DNA of 64,000 bases, from contig MCFE01000048.1 in NCBI GenBank assembly GCA_002104905.1, positions 1 through 64,000 of the forward strand. Direction: 5' to 3'. The translations under genes and the position numbers were made by a program. This document shows positions 36,001 through 48,865 of this stretch, piece by piece (position 1 is the stretch's first letter; every line of letters begins with the position of its first letter). A model generated the notes under the pieces. That model did no database searches, was not told the DNA's origin, and worked only from the letters and a program-made list of their open reading frames with translations. The stretch comes from Basidiobolus meristosporus CBS 931.73. Its lineage: Eukaryota; Fungi; Basidiobolomycota.

Positions 36001-39000
36001 GGCCTAATGTCTCTTTCTACCCCGCTTTCTATCCTTGGAACTCAAACTATTGCTCTACAACACTATCACACCATTTTCCAAGATCTTGTTACTCGGTTCC
36101 CTATCAACGAGCTTGCAGAGGTTGCCGTAGAATTTGTGGATTCAGTCGCAAACTTCCGAAAAGGAAACCTTGCCCACCACCGACTGCGGCTTGTGTACCA
36201 GCTTCTTCATGGGGTATTGTTCGACTGCCCAGAATCACGTCACATTCTTGTGAAGGCGACGGTTGGATGGGTTGAAGAGTACCTGGAGCAGCCCATGACC
36301 GATTATGCAGATCTGGAGCAATGGAGGGAGATGCTTCGTTTGAGCTATCTGGTTGTAGCCGAGATGCTAGAGAAGATCCATTCCACTTTCTACAAAGACC
36401 AACCAGACGGGTATCCTTCTTCCAACCAAGCAGAGCTGGAAGATCCTGATGTGGAGGTTATGTTGAACATCTTGCCTCTTCTGTTAGAAGTTTATCACCG
36501 CCTTCGCCAAGTATCCATGCCCAATACGTTTGATCAGCATGGGGCTGCCACCTCGAAGCATAATTCTGGGTTAAGTGGCCCCCTCTCCCCGCTTTCATCC
36601 TCGCCTGAACTTCTACCCGTCGAGATACATGACAGAAGCTCTAATATTCTAGGAGAAACTGCTTCGATGATATTGACCCTTATATCACTGACATCTTCTA
36701 ACCAATTGGAGCGCTTCTTTCGAGCATGTCTGGCCGGCCCTGACTCTGACGATGGGCTTCAAGTGGTTGTGCTACTGCTCGACATACTTCACTCAACTCT
36801 ATCGGAGAATGCATTCCCAAGGCATTGGCTCAATCTATCGGTGTTGTCGCTGAAGATGACTTTCAAGGCGCTTATTCCATTGAGCAACGTTCTTCGACAG
36901 AACCTGGACACCAGCGAACGGATCTCAGAGCCATTGGTCAATATATGGGTTAAATTCTATACAGTTCTGGTTTTCATATTGGCCAGCAAACGACTTAAGA
37001 TCGAAGTGCTCAAGCCTCAGCTGCAGAGTGCTACAATCTATTTACTTCAGGATGTCCGGGCTCAGGGGCCCAATCTCCTAGTTGTTATGTGGCATTGTCT
37101 CGAGTCTTTCAAACCCCGAATCGATCGTGATCAATACCGGCATATTATTCTTACTCTGTTGGGTCCTATTCTGGATTTAAATCTCACCTTGCATGATGGC
37201 CTCCGCAAGTGTGCTCTAGACATTCTCTACGCGATAATGCTATCGGAATATGAAATGAAAGAGAGTTTCAAGGATATGGAGGTCGAGTGTTTCGATCGTC
37301 TTGAACACCTTGTCATGACCGAAACCAAAGGAGACCTGGGTACGTACAATCTGTTTATCCAGGGACTCGTTTCCAAAATTGAGAAAGAGAAGTCCGATGT
37401 GAGCTTGAACCTCGCTCTCATCAAGCTAGTGGATTCCGTAAACAAATTCCTGGAGTTGCTGCTGAACGTGCGGGATCTCCCGAACGAAGATCAGTACGAG
37501 GACGAAAGAATCATGGGCACCATGAAGTTACTCAGGTTCATCAAGATCATGAACCAGGACGAGATCTACATCAAGTACGTACATCAATTGGTCGATATGC
37601 ATCTACGGAGTCAGAACTTTATTGAAGCGGGAATTACTCTGAAACTGCATGTGGATCTCTTGGACTGGTCTTCGAAGAACCACCTGGAGGCTATGAGCAG
37701 CCTTGCCCTTCCTTCCCAATCCACCTTCGAAAGGAAGGAGCTGTTGCTGTCGAAAATCCTCAACTACTTCAATGAGGGCCAAGCCTGGGAGCATGGCATC
37801 GAGGTGTGTAAGGAGTTGGCGCATCAGTATGAGCACGTCTCATTTGACTATGATAGACTTGCGTCCATTCTGCGTACCCAGGCTCAGCTCTACGAGAATA
37901 TACTTCACAAAGAGCGATACTACAGCGAATATTTTAGGGTAGGGTTTTATGGCAAAGGATTTCCAACCAGCGTTAGAAACAAGCAATATATCTATCGTGG
38001 TCTAGCCTGGGAAAAAATCAGCGCGTTTTGTGATAAAATCCAGAACAAGCACCCTTCTGCTCAGCTACTGAATTCTAATGGGACGCCCTCCGAAGCCATC
38101 CTCAACTCGAATAGACAGTACCTTCAAATTACTGCCGTCACTCCCGAGCCGAACATGCAGCTTTCTCTACTGCAGCAACCTGACCTGGTTCCGGGCCCTG
38201 TTCGTGAATATTACGAAGCTAATGAGGTGAATACGTTCAGCTTCTCCAGACCAGTCAAAAAATCCCCCACCGGTGAGATGGCATCGCCTAGGAACAGCAC
38301 ATTGCTTGGTAGTAAATTGACCGCCAGTGGTAGCAGCAAGCATTTAGTGCCACCGGGAGGTACCGACCAGGTGAACGAGTTTTTGATGCTGTGGACCGAA
38401 AAGACCATTCTTGTTACCGAATCCAAATTCCCCTCATTGCTACGTCGCGCCGAAGTTATTTCTACGACGACGAAGGAGCAATCTCCCGTAGAAAACGCAG
38501 TGGCGGCCATGGAGAGCAAGACAAAGGAGCTTTCGCATTTGGAAAAGAAGTATCGAGTATATGTTGGCACCGACACCTCCAAGGTTAATAGTAACCCTCT
38601 CGCGATGGCTCTGAATGGAGCTATTGATGCGGCCGTTAATGGAGGTGTCTCGATGTATAAGCGAGCTTTCTTGACTGCCGAGTTTATCAAGCAAAACCCC
38701 GACAAGGAAGATCTGGTAGAGAGGTTACGCCAACTGATTGATGAGCAGGTAAGGCTCCTGAGCGGAGGATATTTCGAACGTCAGTAGGTCTCATGCCTTC
38801 CTTTCCCCAGACGTTGGTCATACAGAGCTGTCTGGAAATTCATAATCGTATTGCCCCCTCAGAAATGAGGCCACTTCACGAAAACTTGGACATGTGTAAG
38901 TAGACGCGTAAATGGCTCGATGTTGGCGATTGGCTAATCGACAATCCATTTGTTAGTGTTCCGGAAGAATTTTGCCAATGAGTTAGTGAGGATATCTGCC

Positions 39001-39519
39001 AAGAAACCTACGATCGCCTTGTATCAGCCCCCGGTTCCTTTCAACACACCCAGTCCTCAAGTTACTAGCCATCACACACCCCTCGCCAGTGCATCGCTGT
39101 CGAATCCACACAGATCCACTGGGAGTACCCAAAGCCTGCAATTAAACAAGCGAGATAGCCAGCTCTCCGATTCCGGGGGATTCGACCCCGCTCTAACCCT
39201 CTCTTCGCCAGCGTCACAATCAGCTGACAATACCAGCCCATCTACCCGCAGCTCAAACCCATTTACTTTTGCTCTGAAACGCTTGTCTGGTGGCTCATCC
39301 ACCACATGCAGCAGCATGGATGGAACTGATATCGACTATCAAAGTCTAACCGCTGTAGGCTCCCCGTCACTAGCCACCGCCAGTCTCAGCAATCCAGCCG
39401 ACCTGCCTAATCTGGGCAAGAAGAACAGATGGTCTCTAAAGAAGTACCGTATGCTACTGGAACGCCATTTAGCCACGAATAACTCCCCGACAGCCACAAC
39501 TGAAGGCACGCACTCTTGA
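33031..39519 (+). CDS. DOCK-family Rho GEF (SH3, DOCK-N, C2/DHR-1, DHR-2), introns near the 3' end
   Basis: SH3 (LEVGD...GWYKGY...GIFPANHV), YRRPFGCAV, YHSNNPRWDE, HTFRHCS, YFRVGFYG and LNGAIDAAVNGG. Confidence 0.95.
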
Positions 39520-39829
39520 GACAGGCAGCTCATTTCGGGCACCAGCCAATCACCCGTATCAACTGAGCCTCACCGATTCCTCCCCACGGTTTCCCTCGTG
39601 AGCCTGGGTCGACAACGCCAATCGACTTCCTGGATTACCAGCGCCCTTTTTATATAGCACCCTGGCATCTGCCGGCCTAATCAGTTGTAACAATGCACTT
39701 TAATTCCCATTTTCGTAAAGCCCTGTTGTTTGGATTTTCTATTAGAAATTTTTCCTCAAACCGATACCCACTTCCCGCCTTTACCCCATAATACAGTATT
39801 TTGAAATCGATTCGTTCTCACCTCTAGTA

Positions 39830-40183
39830 ATGGCAATACCACCTGTGACCAGTAAATTAATTTCTCTTGAAAACAAGCCTGGTGCCCATCTTGCTCTCAG
39901 CCACCCAGTTTTGTCACGCGTAGAGATGCATCGAATATACTGGGAACTGATGAATAAGCCATTCAGGCAATCCGCATTCCAATCTTGCTTGGTGCTGGCT
40001 GGCATGCGGATCCTTCAGGATTGGAGTCTCATGCACCTCACCCGAGACGATGTTTTAAGGAAGTTGGATGATTTACTGACCTCCAGCGTTGCGTCGCGCA
40101 GTATCTCAGCAGCTCCCCATTTGTCTCAGAATTGGCTGGTGGATCCCATTTTGAGACCGTCCGATGTGAAACCAATGAAATAG
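39830..40183 (+). CDS. Hypothetical 117-aa protein
   Basis: ORF only, with plausible composition and no recognisable domain. Confidence 0.3.
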   Translation: MAIPPVTSKLISLENKPGAHLALSHPVLSRVEMHRIYWELMNKPFRQSAFQSCLVLAGMRILQDWSLMHLTRDDVLRKLDDLLTSSVASRSISAAPHLSQNWLVDPILRPSDVKPMK

Positions 40184-40588
40184 GAAAATCTCCACCAGAT
40201 ACTATTTTCACAGTTACCACCTCAGCTGCCTCAACGTGTATCTCTCTGAGCCATGCGCTCTGATGGTTACCGGTTACCGCGGATAGACACCGAAGGATCC
40301 GGTTGATTATCTCGATTTGTTTCTACCGTAAAGTTTCATCGCTGCCCGGATATTGGTAAAGGGAATGGAGTGTCTGGCACATTGTTTCCGCTTACGTACT
40401 TCCCTTGAGAAACAAGTTTGATTCAACACCACTAAGGAACCCCGAAATCGACCGGCCTCGTATCGCTATATAAAGGAGCCTGCCAAGGTGGTTTCAAAGC
40501 AACCGTGCTATTCCACCATTTAAGGCCTTGGATCACTTGTCCATCACCTCGAATCCTCCACGCATTTTGCCTGTTCCTAACCTGATAA

Positions 40589-40949
40589 ATGGAAACCATC
40601 TACATCCCCTCTATGGTTGATGAGAAATCCAAATACATTACCGAGATATATCCCCAGTCTCTGCAGCAGCCCAAGGCTCCCCATCACCGCAAGAGCTGCC
40701 ATTTCCCCAGCTCCGAACCCTTCCCAATTGATGCTCTTCCACGCCCTTTCACACGCTCCGCAACCTGGCCTCGCATGAAAATGACCCAATCCTTGGAATC
40801 CATCACTGAAGATCCCCAAGAACAGTGAGTCCGCGGCCACCGACCCTCTCGATGATTCCCTCCCCCTGTCACGTGCGTCGACTCACCTGCCTAGAATTCA
40901 GCCAAGCATGTTTCGGACCATGACCAGCGAAACCGTGTTTTCAAGATGA
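40589..40949 (+). CDS. Small two-exon hypothetical protein (~96 aa)
   Basis: TATATAAA about 120 nt upstream and a canonical intron GTGAGT...CTCAC...TAG (40825-40894) that extends the ORF to TGA at 40947-40949. Confidence 0.5.
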
Positions 40950-41391
40950 GGCCACATATGATTTGATATGTGGTAGGGGGAGGGGGAGGGGCGCCAGGGA
41001 ACTTTGTCAAATCATCACTCCTACCCACCACACCCGTTACCACCACAATACTGATTAGACCTACGCGTGGCCATGCCGCGCTTCTCCCACATGTTCTCAA
41101 TAGCCCCATGGACATCCATTTATTACCATCATTGCTAGTAGAAAATAAATAGACACATTCATACATGGCGTGGTTTCGTACATCTGCAGGGCAGAAATCC
41201 AAAGGGTTTTGGGGGTCCGCGTGTCCACCTCGAAAGGCCCTATTCAACCTGGTACTCATGGGAACTGCCCGGATCGGGCTACCCCAGCCCTCATCCCCTT
41301 CAAAAGATATACATGGTGTGTTTATTAAAATGCGGGCCTTCGATATTAGCTGGTTGTACAGGATTGGTATATATGGACGATTCTCCGGCTC

Positions 41392-43033
41392 CTATAGGAT
41401 ACCACTATCTCTGAGTGCGTTCTGAAGTATCGTTTCTTTGACGGCTGCGAACACAATCCTACAGAAAGCAAGGTGGGTTAGCGCTAGGGCCAATGAACGG
41501 GCTGATCATCAACCCCCTAACCTTATCTGCGTATCCAAGGCAACAGGCACGAATAGGCGGAAGGGAATGGGAAAGGCAAAGGGTTAGAGTCGGACCAAGA
41601 GACTGGGCCGGGGAGGTCATATGAACAAACCTTGGACGTGTCGGTTGCTTGGGTGAGACTAAGAGCAGCCGGTTAACAGAGAATCGACAGGTGGATAGCT
41701 CTTGATGGACTTACTGTGGATATATGTTAAGCTTTGCTCGGTTGGTCTGCGTGAATCTCCAGAGGATGTACTTGGCTGCTTTGGTGATATCGGATCCACC
41801 TGCACAAATCCTGAGGTTAGAGCTGCGGTCAACATACGAATTGTGGGGGTCGGGACAAGTACCGGTGTACTCCGGGAAATACTTCTCCAGCGGGACTCGG
41901 GGGAGTTTCTCTCGGAACAGGTCGATCTTGTTCAGAAAGAAGATGACCGACGTGCGCAGAAACCATCGGCTGTTGACTACCGACTCAAACAGGGTGATGC
42001 TCTCGACCATCCGGTTCTGTTGGGAACAGTCAGTATGCCACCGGAGTGCGGGATAGGCTGCCGTAAGCAATGTTACCTGCTCCGATTCCTCCAGCAAAAC
42101 CTGGTCGTATTCGCTGAGCGCCACACAGAAAATGATCGAGGTGACGGCCTCGAAGCAGTGGATCCACTTCTTCCTCTCCGACCGCTGTCCACCAACGTCG
42201 AACATGCTACCAAGAAGCCGGGTTAGCTCAGTGCAAAGAAAGGCAACCAACAAAAACTCCCTACTGTATGTTGAGTTGGCCCATGTTGAACCGGGTCTCT
42301 ATGATTCCGGTAGTCTTTGTGCGTGCTCGCAGCACGTCTGCCTCGTTAGGGATATAGTTTGGGGAGCTGATCCTTCGAATATGACTAAGAAAGCTGGACG
42401 CAATTAATGAGATCTCTCTCGGAGGTGGATGGGGTGCTGCACTTACTAGGTGGCGGAGTCCATTAAATAGAACTCGCTCTGCCGATCCAGCAAGCTTGCG
42501 ATGACGGGATCTTTCCATAGCGATTCTATTGCTTCCACAAGGTCGGGCGTCAGCTTCAATGCGTACGCCCCCTCGTATCTGACGCTGAGAACCAGTCTTG
42601 CGCAATCCTACATTCAAGGCGAATCAGTCGACCCGCTCCGACTCACCCTCAACACCGACCTACCTTGTTTTTGGGCTCGAATGGCTCCAGGTCGAACTTC
42701 CTCATGGCGGAGACAAGACTCTGCGCAGAGTCTACTAGGTTCTTGAATATCGTCACTCGAAACAGTGCCAGCTCTTCGGTGGTGTACCCGTTCTGGTGGA
42801 TGATTTTCATCTGCTTCACGATAGTGGACTTGCCGGATTCTCCGCTGCCTAGAGGAAGGAAGAGCCAAGTTAAGAAAGGTGGAAGAGTAGGCGGGCCACA
42901 CCTCGTGTCACCAACCTAGCAGGAGGATTTTGCATTCCTTGTTGATCCTTCGGTGGTCCGCCTCTATCAGCCTGTCGATGGCTGTGCTACGTTCGCGGGC
43001 CTCTTTTTCTTCTTGCGATAGGCAGAGTCCCAT
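41392..43033 (-). CDS. Heterotrimeric G-protein alpha subunit, fungal class III (GNA-3/Gpa3-like), multi-exon
   Basis: [70 protein letters not shown] and C-terminal LRDSGIL. Confidence 0.95.
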
Positions 43034-43969
43034 GGTCGGAGGGGCGGAGTCGGCGTGGGTGATATCAAGGTACGGACGATATTGGTCAATTGAGTGGTCT
43101 CGCAGAGCAACTGGTGGTGCGGGTGGGTAGACAAGGCGTAAGTGTGCAGGTGTGTAGAGTAGGGAGTGATTAAATTAACGGGTCAATGTGCCATCAAGGC
43201 CTAAGAGGGCGGAAATACGGGTAGGTCAACTGACACCGAATGGAGGACAGCAAGGAATGGGCGGGAGGGAGGAGTCTTCAGACTAGGAGTGTGTTAGCTT
43301 GAGGTTGAACGGAAAGGCTTCTAAGCGCCTTCGTGCCTTTTCCTTGGCTTGGTACGAAGGAGGCAGTCTAGCACGGTAAATAGTCTCGTCCAAGAAAGAA
43401 AGAAAACTGAGGGACTTGCCGCAGAGCGGGCGAGCTGATGAGGCTTGTGTGTTGGGCCAAGAATCGGCGAAAATCCTACCCAAAATCGCCATGGTTTATG
43501 AAACTGAAACCATCGGATTTCCTGGCGGCGATAGGGGCCCGCTGACATCTGTGCTCGCTTCCAACTGATATATCCTCTTTAGGAAAGGCCACTTCAACTG
43601 CCATCCATCATTGCCTTAATCAACCACGTAGGCCTCAATTAGTGTAACTGCCTGATGGTCATTATATTTGGCCCATTCTCCGCTGCTGTTCGTGGATCAT
43701 TTGCTTCTGAGATTAGGTTGACTCCACTGAACAGTAGCAGCGGGATTAGTGTTCCGCACACTGAGATCATGCTATTCCATATGGGCTCGTTTGTTCTTGC
43801 CATTGGCCATGGATGGTGTGGGGAAGTGGGCTGCACATGCTCAGGTAGAAGGAGTAGAAAGCACCTAGCACCGGGTGACATTCGATCGCGTAGCAACCCA
43901 AAGGAATGTAGCGTCTCCTGGATAGCGGGGATTCTCTTGTTGGGCACATTGCTGGTGACAAAATAAAAA

Positions 43970-44830
43970 CGCACTGTGCCAACCGGCCTCGGAGCGAATC
44001 GCTGGCAAGGGTGCCTATCCAAGGTAGTTGATGCGACAGCGTAGACTCTGCTTCTTGCTCTTCGGGTGGAAATCAACCACCTAAAGTAACCGCTCGTTAG
44101 CTACAACGCCGGCTGTACAAGCCCTTTACAGGAAACCCACCTGTTTGACATCCTCAACCAATTCTTCGGCGATATCCCGGATCAACTCGCAGAAATCATT
44201 CTCGTGGAACGTTTGGTAGACTCAGAAGCTGATGCCCTTTGTGCAAGCTGGGTGCTTGGAGAAACACTCGAGCTTCACAATTTCCTTAACAAAAGACTCC
44301 GAAGTGCATCAAGGTAAGTTGCTTCAAGCCGAGCCCGAATCCCCACCCGTCAACCATCTTGTGTCCTCGGTGGGCGCTGTTCACAAGATCTCCTGCTTGA
44401 TCCTGTCGCACCCGTACACCAGCCACTGCCCCTTGTAAAAGAACTCCATCTTCCAGCTTGGCTGGTGGATGGAAAATACGCGTCAATTCAACGAACCTGA
44501 AGATCCTTTTCATCGCCGGATAACTTGCGCTCCATCGCACCATCGAGTTGAGTGGGTGCTTAAAGTGAGCAAAGGTGGCTGGGTCGCACCGAGTGACAGG
44601 CCTGCAATGGGCTCTTCCGCAGGATAGGTCTTTCCTTCGAGCTTGATTTAGTTCTTGGTCGCATCCAGTCATGCGGACGAGGATCTCCGGGACACGCCCA
44701 GTAGACCGATAGGCCTCTGCAATGTCCAGATTGTGGTTCAAATCCCCGTAAGGAATACAAATGCCGGATGCATGAACGCCATACCGGATGTTTCGAAGGC
44801 TATGGGACTGAGACCAAATTATAGTCAGTT
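43970..44830 (-). pseudogene. MSF1: Mitochondrial phenylalanyl-tRNA synthetase pseudogene (3' part)
   Basis: Fragments KHPLNSMVR, PSWKMEFFYKGQWL..GC.RIKQEI, GWGFGLGL, FHENDFCELIRDIAEELVEDVK and HPKSKK.SL.CRINY (anticodon-binding domain), interrupted by stops and frameshifts. Confidence 0.75.
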
Positions 44831-44941
44831 CGGTTAGTAGACAATCTGCCGGCACTGGCGAACCTTGTGGTCCAAGCGATTAGAAGCGAAAGTTTTATTT
44901 ACTGCATAAGTAAAGCAAATGGCAGACACAGCATTGTAAAT

Positions 44942-45760
44942 CTAAATGAAAGCAAACGATACGGTGTAGATAAAAACGAAAATGACGGTGAAGAGGATTG
45001 CTACACTGAGGATAGGATACTTGTAGATGTAGAGCTCTTGAAGTTGCTTCAGATAATTGATGATGACCTTTCCGGAGAGCTTGCTTTCACCGACGGTACG
45101 AACGCCAAACATGATGGGAACTTCGGCGTGTTTGCGGATCTCGGCTTTGACGTAGAGCTCCAAGCAAATCTTGAATCCGATGGAGTTCACGTTACGAGCG
45201 CGGGTGTAGGCTTCGCGACGAATGGAGAAGAAACCGGTCATAGGATCCGAAAGAGGGGTCAATGGGCGGGCCATAAGTCGGGCACCCTTGGAGACGACTT
45301 GGCGGTAGAGAGGCCAGTTTTCGTCCACAACAAACTCATCGGCAGCATAACGGGTGCCGATAGCGAATTCCGCTCCGGTCTTGGCGGTATCGATGGCTTG
45401 CAACATTTCGGGGACCTTCTCTGGAGGATGCTGAAGATCGGCGTCCATGCAAAGGAGAAGCTCACCTTGCGCTTCGTTGAAACCTCTCAAAACCGCGCTG
45501 GAAAGACCACGCTCGGTGGTTCTGACAATAACACGGACAGGGAAACCCTCACCGGCGAGTTTGTTCACCAGCTCCTCAGTTCCGTCGCGAGAATTATCGT
45601 CGACGATGATGATCTCGGTGGTCTTTTCCATCTGGTTTTCCTGAAGAGCAGCGTACACTCGCTTTGTAAGCTGCTCGATGTTGCCAACCTCGCGGAAGGT
45701 CGGGACCACGATGGAGGCCTCGATGGGGCTAGCGGGGGATTTCTTGGTGCGTTCGGTCAT
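44942..45760 (-). CDS. DPM1: Dolichol-phosphate mannosyltransferase (GT2) with C-terminal TM helix
   Basis: IVVPTFRE, IVDDNSRDGT, RGLSSAV, MDADLQHPPE, GTRY, DPMTGFF, GFKICLE and RTVGESKL. Confidence 0.88.
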   Translation of the reverse strand: MTERTKKSPASPIEASIVVPTFREVGNIEQLTKRVYAALQENQMEKTTEIIIVDDNSRDGTEELVNKLAGEGFPVRVIVRTTERGLSSAVLRGFNEAQGELLLCMDADLQHPPEKVPEMLQAIDTAKTGAEFAIGTRYAADEFVVDENWPLYRQVVSKGARLMARPLTPLSDPMTGFFSIRREAYTRARNVNSIGFKICLELYVKAEIRKHAEVPIMFGVRTVGESKLSGKVIINYLKQLQELYIYKYPILSVAILFTVIFVFIYTVSFAFI

Positions 45761-46478
45761 AGTGATTTCTGTAAGGCGAACCGGTGAAGCTTGCGGTTGG
45801 GTTCTCGTTCACGTTTTCGTTTTCGTTCACCACTTCTCCAGTAAGAAATCGGCCATCCCTATCTGACTCGGGGTCTGGATAAACCAAAACAAACGGGTGT
45901 CCTTTCCATTTGGGACAGATTTGGAGAGTGGATTGCAAACAACACTCGGAAATGCGACCAATCCTGAGCAAGGATGCTGCAGCATCATAAGTAAACGCTC
46001 GCTGACCGAATTGATTAGTGGGTTGTGATAGAGTGCCAGGCGTGCTTACCGGGAACGCTCATCAGCCGACCGTCGTTTCATAGTGACACTTGACAACATA
46101 CTCGGCGATCGGATTGTATTGGAGGAATTCAGCCTGCATAAGCGTTTGAAGCCAGCCATCGGCAAGAGAAGCTGGCTGCCTCAGAACTCGCTGATCTGCG
46201 GGGAGCCAAGTCATTCTGCTGGTTGAACAAATAGTGGCATTGCGCGGAAAAATCCAACGTCACAAATAAATCTTCGATCCACGGGGCATCATTGGCTAGC
46301 GTGGCGTGGTGCATAGAGGCTGGTTGCTTCTTCCCCAGAAATGACGTGTTGCTGGACGTCCACGGGCACCGATATTCCTGCATTCCCCGTTCTGCTGCGT
46401 ATATATACATATTTTGCCTACCACAGTGTGGAATCGACATTGCCCTTTTCCACCGGGGACTACTGCTAATTTGTCACG

Positions 46479-47960
46479 ATGGACAAATACATCGTTGAGA
46501 ATATCACTGGTCAACAGCATCGGATAGACGGGTGCCGCGGGGGCATCCCTGCCCAGTTGCTAAGCTGGAACGCGAACCGGGTGCAGTGCAGCCAACTTTA
46601 TCCAAACAGACAATGGAGGGCCCGGTCAGCCAGCAACCTTGATGAGCTACTGGAGTCGGGAACCCTTTCGTCGAGGGAGAGCCTGTCAGAGGCCATGGAT
46701 CCCTACGCCAGACACGTCACCCTAACCACCCGGCTTGCCAACACCCTTCTTCTCCACGACTACCTACTGCTGCTGTGCAAGGCAATGATCACTTTTGGCT
46801 CTCCAGCCCACCGACTGGAGCAGAACCTCGACGAAACCTCCAAGGTGCTAAACCTGAATTCGACCATAGCGTACATGCCGGGCGTGACGTTCATTTCTTT
46901 CTGGGACCCTTGCACGCATACGAGCGACACGCACATCATCAAAGCCAGGGATGGGTATCACATGAATAAGCTAGAGCAGACCTACATCATATCCAAGCAG
47001 GTGATAGAGAAGCAAATAAAGCTAAAGGACGCATACGCCTCGCTGGAGAACTTGCTCACCTCACCACCGACGTGGCCGTGGTGGGTGAAGCTGCTGAACT
47101 ACCCACTGTGTTCCTTCTGCATGACCCCCTCCTTGTTCCAAGGAGGCTGGCTGGATGCTGTTGCTGGGGCCGGGCTCAGCTTTGTGGTGGGGTTGTTGGC
47201 CTTGCTGTCAAAGAAGATCTACAGTTACAACAGCGTATTCGAACTCTCGGCCGCGATCCTGTGCGCATTTATCGCCACCGCGCTGCACAGGCACATTTGC
47301 TATTTGACCGTGGTGCTATCCTCTGTTGCTCTGCTTTTACCCGGGCTACAGCTGACCTCAGCAGTCCTGGAACTGGCCTCGAGGAACTCCATCTCCGGGG
47401 TGATACGCTTGGTCTACGCCTTGGTGTTGGCATTCATGCTGGGGTTTGGGCTCAACATCGGGTCACAGGCGTGGAGTGCATTCGATCCGGGAGCGCTGGA
47501 GCGTGAGACCTGCACGCCCATCAGCTCCTTCTGGGACCTGTTGTTGATCCCGTTGTTGGCAGTCGGTTACTGTATATCGCTCAATGCCGGTGTCAGGCAA
47601 TGGCCGCCTATGCTTACCCTCACCTTCATGGGCTACGTGGTTTCCTATTTCACTTCCCAGGTGATGGATGTCACCATCTCCGCGGCCATCTCCTCATTTG
47701 CCGTTGCCCTGGTGGGGAACGCGTACGCCCGTATCACCAATCGGTTTGCCTTTGGGCCAGTGCTGGCGGCGGTGATGATACTTGTCCCTGGGAGCTTGGG
47801 GGTCAAAGGATTCTTGCAAGCATTCGGCAACAACGGCGATGGGTTGTCGGTCGCTTTTCAGATGGTGATGGTGGGCCTCAGCATCGCCATGGGACTGTTC
47901 GTGGCTTCGTTGATGGTGTATCCGCAAGGGAAGAGGCGGACCACGCTGATCATGTTTTGA
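46479..47960 (+). CDS. ThrE/PRM10-like (DUF1212) multi-TM transporter
   Basis: FGSPAHRLE, LLPGLQLT.AVLELASRNSISGVIRL and ILVPGSLG, with about 10 TM segments. Confidence 0.85.
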   Translation: MDKYIVENITGQQHRIDGCRGGIPAQLLSWNANRVQCSQLYPNRQWRARSASNLDELLESGTLSSRESLSEAMDPYARHVTLTTRLANTLLLHDYLLLLCKAMITFGSPAHRLEQNLDETSKVLNLNSTIAYMPGVTFISFWDPCTHTSDTHIIKARDGYHMNKLEQTYIISKQVIEKQIKLKDAYASLENLLTSPPTWPWWVKLLNYPLCSFCMTPSLFQGGWLDAVAGAGLSFVVGLLALLSKKIYSYNSVFELSAAILCAFIATALHRHICYLTVVLSSVALLLPGLQLTSAVLELASRNSISGVIRLVYALVLAFMLGFGLNIGSQAWSAFDPGALERETCTPISSFWDLLLIPLLAVGYCISLNAGVRQWPPMLTLTFMGYVVSYFTSQVMDVTISAAISSFAVALVGNAYARITNRFAFGPVLAAVMILVPGSLGVKGFLQAFGNNGDGLSVAFQMVMVGLSIAMGLFVASLMVYPQGKRRTTLIMF

Positions 47961-48865
47961 TCACCCACCCAAGCCATCCACACCGTTCCCACATTCGCAC
48001 CGATGCGTGTTAATTTGTCAGGCTGGCCGTACGCCTCCCTGGTCGCTTCTCGCCAAGTGAATGCCCGCTGAACATCCCCTAGCGCTCGGATGGACGCGAT
48101 CGGCCGTGGCTGGGGTTGGCGCCGCACGCTCGTTTATGGCCATGGCGATGGAGAATCACATGGGAATTCTCCCTTTTCGGTGCCCCTCGCCTAACCAAAA
48201 AATAGCCTACCTGGCGAGCAGAGATTAGGGTTAGCCTCAAAGTTTCCCCTAAATCCCGAGCTTAACCCTAAATGCTGGATGGGCATCTACCGACGGATAC
48301 CAAAGCGCAACCCGATCCCGCGCAACCAGCGCGTCGGCGGATGCATGGACCCTTTCGAGTGCTTCTGTCGTCGCTTCAGACGGGCCAAACCGTGTGTAGG
48401 TCGTTGCAGATAGGAACGGCCGTCTCTTAAACAATTAAGCAGCTTCCATATTGTGTGAACTGCCACTTCCATAGAACGAAAACCCTCCTCTTCGCCTGCA
48501 TATGGATCCTTCCATATCTGGTCCGTCCGATCCGAAGCACGTATCTGCCACTCTGCCCTGGATCGGTGACGTCAACCCGGAATATATTTATTCTATCACT
48601 GGTGGTGAGGCAGCATCAGAGCAGCGTGCCTGACCGACCGTTGATTTTCGATCCCAAATCACTGGTCCGCGTCATCATGGGAGCATTGATAGTCCCGTTT
48701 TGTCGGGCTGATCCCAGGTGGCCAAAACACTCTGGGTGTGATGGGACAGTCAGGCGTCTGTCTGACGCTCATGTGTCTGATCGAGGGTGGTCTTGATGCG
48801 CACCACCCCCCACGCATATATAAATCCCTTTCCTCCCGGACGAGGCCTACTCACCGGAGAACACT

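Noticed and set aside
41495-41590. GGGTTAG/CCCTAAC words in the G-alpha intron, and TTAGGGTTAG near 48225
   Set aside because: Isolated words, partly explained as CTAAC branch-point motifs, with no array or junction context.
43432-43480. Hammerhead ribozyme core (CTGATGA followed by a stem)
   Set aside because: GAAA does not follow stem II and no stems I/III were found.
44867-45787. 306-aa plus-strand ORF, and other long antisense ORFs over G-alpha, DOCK and XDH
   Set aside because: Antisense shadows of well-supported genes with biased codon usage.
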